Source of the DNA: Archangium sp. | Lineage (GTDB): Bacteria > Myxococcota > Myxococcia > Myxococcales > Myxococcaceae | DNA: 64,000 nt | Assembly: GCA_047600485.1 (NCBI GenBank) | Contig: JASGKS010000001.1 | Span: 6,784,259 to 6,848,258 of the forward strand | Direction: 5' to 3' | Shown: piece by piece, positions 1 through 9,493 of the stretch | Numbering within the stretch: position 1 is the stretch's first letter | How the letters are laid out: each line of letters begins with the position of its first letter | The notes under the pieces: model-generated | Database searches by the model: none | What the model saw: only the letters and a program-made list of their open reading frames with translations | What the model was told of the DNA's origin: nothing | Position numbers and translations under genes: made by a program

Positions 1-1118
1 AGACGCTCGACGCAAAGAAGCTGCTCGAGGCGAAGCCCGAACCGGCTCCCGTGAAGCGCGCCGTACTCAACCAGTCGGTTGAATACGCGAAGCAGCGCCT
101 CGACTGGTTCTGGGACGAGAACGAGGGCAGCTGGGGTCTGAAGCGCAAGACGCCGGTGGGCATGAACGTGCAGTGGTCGCTCGCCGAAGGCTCGAAGGAG
201 TCACTCGCGCGCGCCGACTTCACGCTCGGCAAACAGCGCGCGCTCATCGACCCGGTGTGGGGCGGCCTCTCGCAGTACAGCGGCGCCACCGACTGGAACT
301 CGCCGCACTTCGAGAAGTTGATCAGCTACCAGGCGGCCAACCTCGTCGCGTACTCGCAGGGCTACGAAGCCACGAAGAAGCAGCAGCACCTCGACGACGC
401 GCGCGCGCTGTACCGCTACGTCACGACCTTCCTGCGTTCACCCGAGGGCGACTTCTACGTGAACCAGGACGCCGACTTGAACGCGCACGACCGCAGCAAG
501 CCGTTCGTCGACGGTCACACGTACTACGCGCTCGACGATGCGCAGCGGCGCAAGCTCGGCGTTCCGTGGGTCGACACGCACGTCTACGCCTCGGAGAACG
601 GCAAGGCATTGCTCGGGCTCATCGCGTTCGCGAAGGCGAGTGGTGACGCGACGGTGCTCGACGCCGCGCGGAAAGCGGCCGACCGGCTCGCGCAGACCCA
701 CGTGCTCGCCGACGGCAGCGTGAAGCACGAGGCGAAGAGCAGCGAGAAGGGCCCATTCTTGCTCGAGGACGCCGCGTGGCTCGGGCTCGCGTACGCCCAA
801 CTCGGCGCGGCGACGAATGACGCGAAGTACGTCGACCTGAGCCGCCGAATTGCGGCGCGCATGGTGGCGCAATTCGGTGACGCCAGAGCCGGGTTCTTCG
901 AACACACGGTCGATGCCGACGCGGTCGGCGTCTTCGCGCGGCGCTCGCACCCGTTCGCGTCGAACGTGACGGCAGCGCGGCTGCTCGCGGCGGTCGGCCA
1001 GCAGGACGCGGGGCGAAACGTCCTCGCGGCGGTGAGCGCGAAGGAACGGCTCGAAGGTGAGTTCGCGTGGTTGGGCGACTACCTGCTCGCCGCGAAGGAA
1101 CTCGGACTGACGAAGTGA
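1..1118 (+). CDS. DUF255/YyaL-like thioredoxin-domain protein, C-terminal six-hairpin part. Truncated at its 5' end by the window edge.
   Basis: The reading frame is open from nt 3 upstream of the listed Met, so the gene starts outside the window. Composition is protein-like. The DUF255/YyaL resemblance is recalled from memory, not searched. Confidence 0.45.
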   Translation, partial: TLDAKKLLEAKPEPAPVKRAVLNQSVEYAKQRLDWFWDENEGSWGLKRKTPVGMNVQWSLAEGSKESLARADFTLGKQRALIDPVWGGLSQYSGATDWNSPHFEKLISYQAANLVAYSQGYEATKKQQHLDDARALYRYVTTFLRSPEGDFYVNQDADLNAHDRSKPFVDGHTYYALDDAQRRKLGVPWVDTHVYASENGKALLGLIAFAKASGDATVLDAARKAADRLAQTHVLADGSVKHEAKSSEKGPFLLEDAAWLGLAYAQLGAATNDAKYVDLSRRIAARMVAQFGDARAGFFEHTVDADAVGVFARRSHPFASNVTAARLLAAVGQQDAGRNVLAAVSAKERLEGEFAWLGDYLLAAKELGLTK

Positions 1119-1718
1119 ATGTCGCAGTCGCACGCACGTCGCGAGGGCGTGCTTTCGCTCGCGCTCGCCGTGGTGGTTTCGCAGCTCCACCCCATTCCCG
1201 TGCAGGTGGAGCCGCCGGAAGCAGTCGCCGTGCGCTCGTTCATCGATGATCACCTCGTCACCTTCGAGGCCTTCAACGCGCCGCGCCGCATTCGCCAGGG
1301 CAGCCGCACCTTCAACGTCGACGACGACGATTTCCCGAGCGCGTTCTCGCTGCTCCCCGAGCTCCACACGCTCGCGGGCTCGGTGCAGGACAACTACCGC
1401 AGTGGCATGCGGTGGACGGCCATCGGTACCGTCGTCGAACTCACCGGAGCGCTCACCGTTGGAATCCTGCCGGTCATCAACCTCGCGGTCGGCATCTCCA
1501 CCACGGTGATGATCGCCGCGATGATTGCAGCGTCGGCCGTCACGGTGGTCGGGCTGGTCATCACCTTCATCGGCCTGCCGGCGTTGATCAAATCGCAGGT
1601 GCAGATGTTCGAGCTGGTGTCCCGCTACAACCACGAGCTCACGCGACGGCCCATCACCGTGCTGCCGACCGCGCCGCAGCCCGCGAGCGTCGCGCCGGTG
1701 TTGCAGTTGGAGATTTGA
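1119..1718 (+). CDS. hypothetical membrane protein
   Basis: ATG lies directly after the upstream stop. The C-terminal half has a long hydrophobic stretch (two to three predicted TM helices). The 3' end overlaps the convergent AraC gene. Confidence 0.3.
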   Translation: MSQSHARREGVLSLALAVVVSQLHPIPVQVEPPEAVAVRSFIDDHLVTFEAFNAPRRIRQGSRTFNVDDDDFPSAFSLLPELHTLAGSVQDNYRSGMRWTAIGTVVELTGALTVGILPVINLAVGISTTVMIAAMIAASAVTVVGLVITFIGLPALIKSQVQMFELVSRYNHELTRRPITVLPTAPQPASVAPVLQLEI

Positions 1719-2583
1719 CCACCGCGAGCTGGACCCGCAGCTCGAAGTGCTCGTTTCCGTGCTCGAACGGCAAGCCGTCCCACGCTTCGAACGCGGGTTG
1801 ATGCGCGGGCACCCGGCCACTCTTCGGCAGCCATTCGCCGTACAGCCACTCGAACGCGCGAATTTCCTTCTCGAGTGAGCCAGAGAACTTCAGCTCCGCC
1901 ACCGTCATCGCCGGGAAGCGCGTCTCGCTGACCGGCTCGTCGAGCACTACGTCTTCCGCGATTTCGAGCCCCACGTCGTAGCGGCACTTCTCGAGCGGCA
2001 CGAGCTCGGGCTCTTCCCACTGGTAGCCGAGCCACTGCTGACGCTCGAGCTTCCGTTTGCGAGCCCACGCGACCATCTGCGACGCGGCCTTCTCGACGCG
2101 ACCGGGCTCGAACGGGCGGAAGACGCGCACGTACGCCACGCGCCGCGCTGGAAGCTCGCGCAGCCGCACCGAAAACCCGTCGTCGTGCTTCGCGAGCGGC
2201 ACCTTCGTCAACTTCGCGCGGCCGTCCTCACGCCACTTCTGCAGGTCGAAGCGGCGTGGCGGCGTTCCGAAGTGCGCCTTGAAGCTGCGCGAGAAATCAC
2301 TGCTCGACGCGAAGCCCAGTTCGAGCGCGATGTCGGTCATCGACCGTTTGGTGTGCGAGAGCAGATACAGCGCGCGTTCGAGCCGGGTTCGCTTGACGAA
2401 GTCGTGCAGCGTTTCGCCGACCTGCGTGCGGAAGATGCGGTGGAAATGAAACGGAGAGAACGCCGCGAGCTTCGAGAGTTCTTCGAGCTTGAGCGGCTCG
2501 TCGAGGTGCCGCGTCACGTGGTCGATGACGCGATTGATTCGGCTCGCGTAGTCGAGATTCGCAAGATCCGACAAGTCGCCCAT
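1654..2583 (-). CDS. AraC-family transcriptional regulator with a GyrI-like effector-binding domain
   Basis: N-terminal HTH_AraC signature (SPFHFHRIFRTQVGETLHDFVKRTRLERALYLL...DIALELGFASSSDFSRSFKAHFG). The C-terminal about 150 aa resemble a GyrI/SbmC-like domain. Confidence 0.85.
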   Translation of the reverse strand: MGDLSDLANLDYASRINRVIDHVTRHLDEPLKLEELSKLAAFSPFHFHRIFRTQVGETLHDFVKRTRLERALYLLSHTKRSMTDIALELGFASSSDFSRSFKAHFGTPPRRFDLQKWREDGRAKLTKVPLAKHDDGFSVRLRELPARRVAYVRVFRPFEPGRVEKAASQMVAWARKRKLERQQWLGYQWEEPELVPLEKCRYDVGLEIAEDVVLDEPVSETRFPAMTVAELKFSGSLEKEIRAFEWLYGEWLPKSGRVPAHQPAFEAWDGLPFEHGNEHFELRVQLAVVKSPTATPARRSRAAARSAAR

Positions 2584-2609
2584 GCCGCGCGAAACGTAGA
2601 AGCGCCCGC

Positions 2610-2978
2610 ATGAACCTTGGAAACTTTTCGCTGAGTCTGGTGGTGAAGGACCTCGACGCCTCGCGCGCGTTCTATTCGAAGCTCGGCTTCGTGCCCGGCA
2701 ACGGAGACGGCAAGGCGTGGCTCGTGATGCAGAACGGCACGACGAAGATTGGCCTCTTCAAAGGGATGTTCGAGCGCAACATGCTCACCTTCAACCCGGG
2801 CTGGGACGCGAACGGAAAGACGCTGCCGTCGTTCACCGACGTGCGTGAGCTGCAGAAGGAAGCAAAGCGTGCGGGGCTGGCTCCGAGTCCGGCAGCTGAT
2901 GAGTCGAGCCAGGGGCCCGCTCACTTCATGTTGATCGACCCTGATGGGAACCCGATTTTGATCGATCAACACGTGTGA
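2610..2978 (+). CDS. VOC / glyoxalase-bleomycin-resistance family protein
   Basis: 122 aa. The N-terminal motif LSLVVKDLDASRAFYSKLGF is typical of the glyoxalase/VOC fold. It is divergent from the AraC regulator with only a 26-bp spacer. Confidence 0.7.
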   Translation: MNLGNFSLSLVVKDLDASRAFYSKLGFVPGNGDGKAWLVMQNGTTKIGLFKGMFERNMLTFNPGWDANGKTLPSFTDVRELQKEAKRAGLAPSPAADESSQGPAHFMLIDPDGNPILIDQHV

Positions 2979-3381
2979 GCCGCACCAGCGTGCCGAGGCC
3001 CACTCCGATTGCACTCAGGCCCACGAGCCAGACCAGACCTTCGACGAGCAGCTCGACCGAGAACGTCGGCACGTAGTCGGTGTGGGCTCCCTCGGGCAGT
3101 CGGAGCAGGCAGAGCGAGGCGGCCATCACCGCGCCCGACGTGAGCAGACCCTCGCGCGTACTTCGCGTCGAGGTGAGCAGCGGCGGCAGCACGTACGCGA
3201 GACAGGCGAGGAGCCACAGCGTGCGCACGTCGTCATTGCGCAGGTGAAAGAGGAACGCCGCGAGCATCGGCACCGGCACCGGGCCGTCGTCGGGAATTCC
3301 GTCGAAGTCGGCGGCGTAGAGCACAGCCGCCGCTCCGAGCAGCAGAACGAAGGCGACGGCAGCGGCGACGCGGAGCTTCAA
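2926..3381 (-). CDS. hypothetical membrane protein
   Basis: Signal/TM-like N-terminus and several hydrophobic segments. No recognisable family. Confidence 0.3.
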   Translation of the reverse strand: MKLRVAAAVAFVLLLGAAAVLYAADFDGIPDDGPVPVPMLAAFLFHLRNDDVRTLWLLACLAYVLPPLLTSTRSTREGLLTSGAVMAASLCLLRLPEGAHTDYVPTFSVELLVEGLVWLVGLSAIGVGLGTLVRLTRVDRSKSGSHQGRST

Positions 3382-3391
3382 CGAACTCAGG

Positions 3392-3982
3392 TTATCGACC
3401 CGCGACGTCCGACGCGGCCGCTTTGCGAGCGGTTGCGACGAAGGTCTGCGAATCGGTCGTCAGCGACGCGATGTCGGCTTCGAGCGAACCGACGAAGGTG
3501 CGCGCCGAGGCCGAGGTGATGCCGCTCGAGCCGCAGAACGCCGCGTACTTCTCCATCACCGCCGAGTAGCGGTTGATGCCCGCCACGTAGGTCTCCATCA
3601 GCGGCGGCACCGCCTTCATCGGCTCCAGGTATTCCTTCGCGAGCGACTGCTGGTACTGCGCTTCCTTCGCCTCGCGTTCGGCCGAAGACGAGTGCTTGAG
3701 CTGATGCGCGGCCTCGATGCGCTGGCGGACGCTCTCGAGCGAGCGGCGGACCGATTCGGCTTCGCGGCGGCCCTTCTCGAGCTGACGGCGGGAACTCTCG
3801 AGGCGAGCGAGCGCTCCTTCGAACTCGTACTGGAGCTTCCCGTTCTTGCACTGGGCGAAGTGTTCCTGCGCGGTCTTGAGTGAAGCGGCCGCGGCGGTCA
3901 GCGCAGGACCTTCAGCGCGCGCGGCGAAAGAGGAGAGGACGAACAGCGACACGACCAGGGTGCTGCGAGGTGAGGAGAGCAT
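3392..3982 (-). CDS. hypothetical secreted protein
   Basis: Met at MLSSPRSTLVVSLFVLSSFAARAEG gives a classic signal peptide. The rest is mostly coiled-coil or alpha-helical. Confidence 0.4.
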   Translation of the reverse strand: MLSSPRSTLVVSLFVLSSFAARAEGPALTAAAASLKTAQEHFAQCKNGKLQYEFEGALARLESSRRQLEKGRREAESVRRSLESVRQRIEAAHQLKHSSSAEREAKEAQYQQSLAKEYLEPMKAVPPLMETYVAGINRYSAVMEKYAAFCGSSGITSASARTFVGSLEADIASLTTDSQTFVATARKAAASDVAGR

Positions 3983-4101
3983 GGGTGGCTCGCGCACATG
4001 CAGCCGCAGTGCCGAGGTTGATCAGCCGCAGAAATCGACTCGACCCTTCACCCGACCCGCTCCGCGTTTCGCGAGGAGCGGGAGTTCAGCCACAGCTGTG
4101 T

Positions 4102-5322
4102 TCAGCCGCCCGCGTAGAGCGTGACGTCGGTCGCCGCGGCGAAGCTCATCTTGTACGCCTCGTCCCAGTTCGGGTGGCGCACCATGAGGTGTCCGTCGCT
4201 CAACAACGTCTGCTTCCAGTTTCGGCGCTGCGTCCCGGGCCGCAGCAGCTGCTCCTCGACCACCCAGTCACCGAACCGCCGCAGGTACTCGCGCAATCCC
4301 GTGATGCGGGTGATGCGGCCCTGGCCGAGCGCGCGCTTGAAGATGATTCCCGCGTTGTATTTGCGCCTGGTGCTCGCCTCGAACGAGCGCCAGCAGGCGA
4401 CGCGCGCCCACTCGCGGAACAGGTCGATGTCGCCGGTGTAGTTCATCTGGTCGACGAGGTGCGCCCCGCCCGGCCGGCACCCAATCTCGCCGAACACCGC
4501 CTCGCCCTTGTTGGTGAGGTACCACTCCATGTGGGTGAAGCCGTCGCCCATCTCGAGCGCCTTCAAGACCTTGCGGCCCAGCGTGATGCCCGCGCGGAGT
4601 TTGGGCTGCTCGATGTCGCGCACCGTGATGATGACCGGCGAAATCCACTCTTCGCTGCGGGCGATGAGGGGCTTGGGCAGGTACGCGGCGACGTTTTCGT
4701 ACGCCGGCTTCCCGCCGATGGAGACCGTGTCGTAGGTGAATTCCTCGCCGTCGATGTATTCCTCGCAGCTGGCGACCTCGACGTGCCGCATGGCCGCGAT
4801 GGCCGATTCGAGCTCGGGCTTGCTGCTCACCTTGTAGGTGTCGGCGCTGCCTGCTCCGGCGATGGGCTTCAAGATGAGCGGGTAGCCAATGCGCTCGGCG
4901 GCCTCGCGAATCTCGCGCTCGGTCTTCACCTTGAACGCGTAGGGCACGCGCAACCCGGCCGCCTTCACGCGGTCCTTCATCAGCTGCTTGTCGCGAAAGC
5001 CGGTGACCTGGTCGACCGTCATGCCCGGCAGGCCAAAACGCTCACGCAGTCTGGCGGCGAGGATGACGAGCGGCTCCCAGTTGCTGAGCACGCGGTCGAT
5101 TTGGCGGCCGCGCAGCCACGCCGAGACGCGCTTGATGACGTCGTTCTCGTCCATGATGCGCGGCACCTGCAGGTAATCGGCGAGGTGCGGCTTCAACGAC
5201 TGCGGGAGCCCCCGGCGCGGCGTATCGCCCACACCGAAGACGTTCGCGCCGACCTCCGCGAGGCCGCGCGTGTACTGCTGCATTTCGGGGGGGTAACTCG
5301 GCGCCAGGAAGACGACGTTCAT
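4102..5322 (-). CDS. ATP-grasp domain protein (carboxylate-amine ligase-like), paralogue 1
   Basis: 406 aa. Central ATP-grasp signature (GYPLILKPIAGAGSADTYKV...EEYIDGEEFTYDT...GFTHMEWYL...FGEIGCRPGG). Its start overlaps the stop of the upstream gene at 5319-5322 (ATGA). Confidence 0.8.
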   Translation of the reverse strand: MNVVFLAPSYPPEMQQYTRGLAEVGANVFGVGDTPRRGLPQSLKPHLADYLQVPRIMDENDVIKRVSAWLRGRQIDRVLSNWEPLVILAARLRERFGLPGMTVDQVTGFRDKQLMKDRVKAAGLRVPYAFKVKTEREIREAAERIGYPLILKPIAGAGSADTYKVSSKPELESAIAAMRHVEVASCEEYIDGEEFTYDTVSIGGKPAYENVAAYLPKPLIARSEEWISPVIITVRDIEQPKLRAGITLGRKVLKALEMGDGFTHMEWYLTNKGEAVFGEIGCRPGGAHLVDQMNYTGDIDLFREWARVACWRSFEASTRRKYNAGIIFKRALGQGRITRITGLREYLRRFGDWVVEEQLLRPGTQRRNWKQTLLSDGHLMVRHPNWDEAYKMSFAAATDVTLYAGG

Positions 5323-6185
5323 TGGGGCGCGACGTTACCCTCGCCCGCTTCCAGCTCCTTCAACATCTCGTCGTACGCCTTCTGGTCTTCCTCGCTCATC
5401 GGCTCGGGCGGAGGCGCCGGCATCGGCCCCTGCCCCAACGACAGCACCATCTCGTTGCTCGTCGCGATGGAGTCGCGAGCGATGCGCGACACCGAACCTT
5501 CGGGCCCCAGACAGTCACCACGATGCACCAGATAGAAATTGCCCTTGTCGTCACGCACCACGGCCGCGGGTTTCGCGTCCCCACTCATCACCGCGCGCAA
5601 CGTGAACGAGCCCTGCGCCGCCTTCATCGACTTGCACGGCGGCACGTTCGGCAGCATCGGCATCAGGCGGCCGCGCGCTTCGTCGCCCTTCGCGGTGAGT
5701 TCGGTCGCCAGCTGCGCGATGAAATCGACGGGAAGGTTCGACCAGCGCACGGTGAGCGTGCCGTCGCTTCCATTCGGCACCTGCAGCTCGCGGTCTTCGA
5801 GCAGCGCCGCGACTTCGTCGAACGTCGCGCCGGCAGTCGTGAGGTTGAGCTTCTTCCCTTTGCTCTTCATCGGCGCGCGCTTCGCCAACTTCTCTTCGGT
5901 GTCGACCAGCACCAGATTGCCGCCGCGTCTCGTCGCGAGCCCCGCGCGCTTCACGACGTCGTCGAACACGAGGTCCCACGGTTTGTCCTTCACCTCGAGG
6001 TCGAACGCCGTGCGCCGCGAGCGATCGAGCACCACGACGTTGAGATGCGCGACCGTGCCGAGCAGCGTCAGCACCTGCTCCGCGGTGACGCCGCGCAGCG
6101 AGAGCGTGACGGGCTTGCCCTTGCCCGAAGGTGTCGGCGGAGCGGCGAGCAACAGGGTCGCGGCGACGAGTGAAGCGAACATCAC
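5319..6185 (-). CDS. hypothetical secreted protein
   Basis: Signal peptide MMFASLVAATLLLAAPPTPSG. Translationally coupled to the ATP-grasp gene and lies downstream of the hybrid kinase. Confidence 0.45.
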   Translation of the reverse strand: MMFASLVAATLLLAAPPTPSGKGKPVTLSLRGVTAEQVLTLLGTVAHLNVVVLDRSRRTAFDLEVKDKPWDLVFDDVVKRAGLATRRGGNLVLVDTEEKLAKRAPMKSKGKKLNLTTAGATFDEVAALLEDRELQVPNGSDGTLTVRWSNLPVDFIAQLATELTAKGDEARGRLMPMLPNVPPCKSMKAAQGSFTLRAVMSGDAKPAAVVRDDKGNFYLVHRGDCLGPEGSVSRIARDSIATSNEMVLSLGQGPMPAPPPEPMSEEDQKAYDEMLKELEAGEGNVAPQ

Positions 6186-6221
6186 CGCACGGTGACACCT
6201 TCGTCCTGACTCGTCACGAAG

Positions 6222-7943
6222 TCAGGCCGCGGCGGCGCTCGGCTCGACGGAGTTCAACGCCTCGTGCAGATGATCGACCCGCAGCGGCTTGGTCAGCACG
6301 CGGTTCATGCCGGAGCGCAGACACTCCGCCTGGTCTTCGAACGAAACGGCGGCAGTGAGCGCGAAGATGGGAATCGTCAGGCCGCGCGCGCGCAGTTGCC
6401 GTGTGGCCTCGTAGCCGTCCATCACGGGCATGTGGCAGTCCATCAGCACGAGGTCGAACGGTCGCTGCTGAACGACGCGCAGCGCCTCGGCGCCGTCGTT
6501 GGCCACCGTGACCTCGTGCCCCAGGCGCTGCAGCAGCCGCTGCGCGACGAGCTGATTCACGGTGTTGTCGTCGACCACCAGAATCGAGAGCCGCGCGGTG
6601 CGCTGGGCGTTCGAAGCGCGAGGCGTCGGGCTCTCACACACCACCACTGGCAACAGCACGGTGAAGGTGCTGCCTGCTCCGGGAGTGCTCGCGATGCGCA
6701 GCTCTCCGCCCATCGCGTCAATGAGCCGCCGCGTGATGACGAGGCCGAGCCCTGTGCCGCCATGACGACGCGTGGTCGAGGCGTCGGCTTGCACGAACGG
6801 AGCTCCGATGCGCGCCAGCACTTCGGGCGTCATGCCCTCGCCGGTGTCCTTCACGTCGAGCCGCACGCGCTCACCTTCCATCGTGAGCAGCAGCTGAATC
6901 AGACCGCCCTCGGTGAACTTCACCGCGTTGCCGACGAGGTTGAGGACGATTTGGCGCAGACGCGTCGGGTCGCCGCGCAACCACTCCGGCACCTCGGGCG
7001 CGATGCGCAGCGCGAGGGTGTTGCGGCGTTGCTCGGCGCTCACGCGGAACAGCTCGACCACCGAGGTGGCTTCGGCAGCGACCGACAGTGGAATCGACTC
7101 GAGCGAGAGACGGCCAGCTTCGATCTTCGAGAAGTCGAGCACGTCGTCGATGACCGCGAGCAACGTGTCGGCGCTGGTGCGCACGATGCGCAGACCTTCT
7201 TCGAGGCGCTCGGGGCGACGCTCGTCGGCGAGCGCGGCGGCCATGCCGATGAGCCCGTTGAGCGGCGTGCGCAGCTCGTGGCTGATGGTCGCGAGGAACT
7301 GGTTCTTGGCGAGCGTGGCGCGCTCTGATTCCTGCTGCGCGGCGATGAGCTTCAAGTTCTTCGAGCGCAGCGCCTCGATGGCCTTCTCGGTTTCGATTTC
7401 GTACGCGCGCGCCACGAGGAAGATGGCGGTGCACACGAAGAAGACGGTGGTGATGCGGCGATTGAGCGGGTGGGCCTCGAGCGCGGCAGCGGGAACGACG
7501 TCGCGGTCCATCAACATCAACACCGCGGTCGAGACGACGATGGCCGCGACCAGCGTGGCCCAGCCGGCCTTGCGCCCTGACGTCGCCAACGCCAGCAGCG
7601 GAGCGACCGGCATCCACATCAGCGAGCCGATGCCTTCACGCCCGGCGGCGAGCGCCATCGCTCCACACACACCGATGCCGATGGTGATGACGATGGAGAC
7701 GATGAGCGCGCGCGACACGCCCCGGCGATGACCGATGAGCGCGAGCATGCACACCAACAACATGCCCAGCGTGCCACCCGCGGCGAAGGCGAGGCCCTGG
7801 AACGCCTGCACCACGAGTGACGCCGCACACACCACACACAACGTCAGCAGCAAGGCGATGAGCTTGCGCCCGCGGCTGTCCGCTTCATGAGGCGGCAAGA
7901 AGGTGTTCCACACCCATTGCCCAAGGCGACCTGGGAACGACAC
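6222..7943 (-). CDS. hybrid sensor histidine kinase/response regulator (membrane N-terminus, HisKA, HATPase_c, REC)
   Basis: H-box ISHELRTPLNGLIGM, G-boxes GGTGLGLVITRRL...GAGSTF, and a C-terminal receiver (ILVVDDNTVNQLV...DLVLMDCHMPVMDG). Four to five N-terminal TM helices. Confidence 0.9.
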   Translation of the reverse strand: MSFPGRLGQWVWNTFLPPHEADSRGRKLIALLLTLCVVCAASLVVQAFQGLAFAAGGTLGMLLVCMLALIGHRRGVSRALIVSIVITIGIGVCGAMALAAGREGIGSLMWMPVAPLLALATSGRKAGWATLVAAIVVSTAVLMLMDRDVVPAAALEAHPLNRRITTVFFVCTAIFLVARAYEIETEKAIEALRSKNLKLIAAQQESERATLAKNQFLATISHELRTPLNGLIGMAAALADERRPERLEEGLRIVRTSADTLLAVIDDVLDFSKIEAGRLSLESIPLSVAAEATSVVELFRVSAEQRRNTLALRIAPEVPEWLRGDPTRLRQIVLNLVGNAVKFTEGGLIQLLLTMEGERVRLDVKDTGEGMTPEVLARIGAPFVQADASTTRRHGGTGLGLVITRRLIDAMGGELRIASTPGAGSTFTVLLPVVVCESPTPRASNAQRTARLSILVVDDNTVNQLVAQRLLQRLGHEVTVANDGAEALRVVQQRPFDLVLMDCHMPVMDGYEATRQLRARGLTIPIFALTAAVSFEDQAECLRSGMNRVLTKPLRVDHLHEALNSVEPSAAAA

Positions 7944-7982
7944 GTGGATCAGCTAACGCGCCACGTGCGGCGCGAACTCGTG

Positions 7983-9467
7983 TCAGTTCTCTGACGCGGG
8001 CCGCTCGACGACGAGCGTCAGCAGACTGCCGTTGGCAGCGGCAGCGGCGGCTCCGTTGGCGAGGGACGCGATGTCTGACTTCCACTCGCAGCGCGCGGGG
8101 GCAAGGTCGATGAGCGTGAACGGCGAGGGGCTTTGCGGCGGCGAGAAGGTCTTCACCGGTTGATCAACCCGCGCCAGCTCGACGCCTCCGCTGATCAACG
8201 TCGCCACGTCGACGGGCTTCGTCTCGTCGTCGAAGTGCAGCTTCACCGGCGCGTAGCTTTCGGTGTCGGCAAAGAGCGCGAAGAACGGGCGCAGGAGTGC
8301 GGGGAAGTCTTTCGGCATGACGCGCGGCGGGCCCGCGCCCACGAGAATGACGGCCGAGTACCCGCGCGCGTGCGCCGCGGAGAACGCGCAGAGCAACTGC
8401 TCTCGTGTGAGCGAGGCTTCCAGCGCGATGCCGAGTGAAGAATTGGGGCCGCCCATTTCGATGTCGGCGTGCCGGTCGATCGCCTCGGCGATTTCGGCGC
8501 AGCTCCTGCCGCTCAAGTACTGCGGGTAGCCGTACCCCTCGGGACGCGAGAGACCCGCGAGCCGCACGAGTGGATCCGTGGTGGCGAGCACGCTGTTCAA
8601 GTCAGCCGAGCTCAGCGTTCGCTCGGTGAGGAGCAGCACGCCGCGAAACCCGACCGCGGTGACGAGCAGCGCAGCCGCCGCGAGAATGCCGGCGCGACGT
8701 TCGCGCTGCGCGACGACCACTCCACCGACCACCGCGAGGCCGATGGCCGCGAGCGTGCCGAGGGCGCCGAAGCGATCGAAGCGAGACGCTTCCAGCGCCA
8801 CCTGGAAGAGGACTTCGGCTTTCTGATCAGGCGACACCATGGCGACCGCGCGGAAGCCCTCGCGCAGCTCGACCGCGGTCAGCAGCGAACCGCCCATCGA
8901 CACCGTGAGCGCCAGGAAGCCGAGCGCGCCGAGCATGGCGGCCAGACGATTCGGACCACCGAGGACCGCGAGGCCTTGACCGAGCGCGACAGACAAGCAC
9001 GCCATCAGACAGACGCTCGACGCGAGCAATTGCAGCGAGAGCAACTCGCTGATGCTCCCCGCGAGAATCGTCGCGCGATCGGCCGGAGAGACCGCGCTCA
9101 TCGCCGCCATCACCGCGTCGAGGCTGCTCTTCGCGCCGAGGAACGAGACGAGCAGCACCAGCAGCCACACCAGGCCGCTCGCGGTCGCGGGGAAGGTGCC
9201 GCGTCGCGCTCCGAGGAACGCCACGACGGCCGACGCGATGGTGGCGACGATGCCCGCGAGCAGCACGCCGTAGCTGAAGCCGCCGCCCTCGACGAACATC
9301 TCGGCCAGGCCGCTCAAGCCTCCGCGACGCAGCAAGAAGAAGAGCAGCGCGAGCGCGAAGGGCATCGGTCCGACCATCAACAGCGCGCTCCCCACCGCGA
9401 CCCACGCTGGCGCAGGTTTCGCGCTCGCGTCGTTCGGCTGCTGCGCGGAGAGCATTGGTTCGATCAT
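7983..9467 (-). CDS. hypothetical polytopic membrane protein
   Basis: Many hydrophobic helices in the N-terminal two thirds, then a soluble C-terminal domain. Divergent from ATP-grasp paralogue 2. Confidence 0.4.
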   Translation of the reverse strand: MIEPMLSAQQPNDASAKPAPAWVAVGSALLMVGPMPFALALLFFLLRRGGLSGLAEMFVEGGGFSYGVLLAGIVATIASAVVAFLGARRGTFPATASGLVWLLVLLVSFLGAKSSLDAVMAAMSAVSPADRATILAGSISELLSLQLLASSVCLMACLSVALGQGLAVLGGPNRLAAMLGALGFLALTVSMGGSLLTAVELREGFRAVAMVSPDQKAEVLFQVALEASRFDRFGALGTLAAIGLAVVGGVVVAQRERRAGILAAAALLVTAVGFRGVLLLTERTLSSADLNSVLATTDPLVRLAGLSRPEGYGYPQYLSGRSCAEIAEAIDRHADIEMGGPNSSLGIALEASLTREQLLCAFSAAHARGYSAVILVGAGPPRVMPKDFPALLRPFFALFADTESYAPVKLHFDDETKPVDVATLISGGVELARVDQPVKTFSPPQSPSPFTLIDLAPARCEWKSDIASLANGAAAAAANGSLLTLVVERPASEN

Positions 9468-9493
9468 GCGCGCACTGTAGTAGTCACCGCGGC

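Noticed and set aside
438-1820. 460-aa minus-strand ORF overlapping the DUF255-like and membrane-protein genes
   Set aside because: Arg/Leu/Val/Glu/His-rich composition typical of the antisense frame of high-GC genes. No domain-like features. The plus-strand genes have coherent protein-like sequence.
3880-5535. 551-aa plus-strand ORF across the ATP-grasp 1 gene; also 5322-6173 and 5539-6195 plus-strand ORFs
   Set aside because: Opposite-strand artefacts of the minus-strand ATP-grasp and secreted-protein genes, which have clear motifs and a signal peptide respectively.
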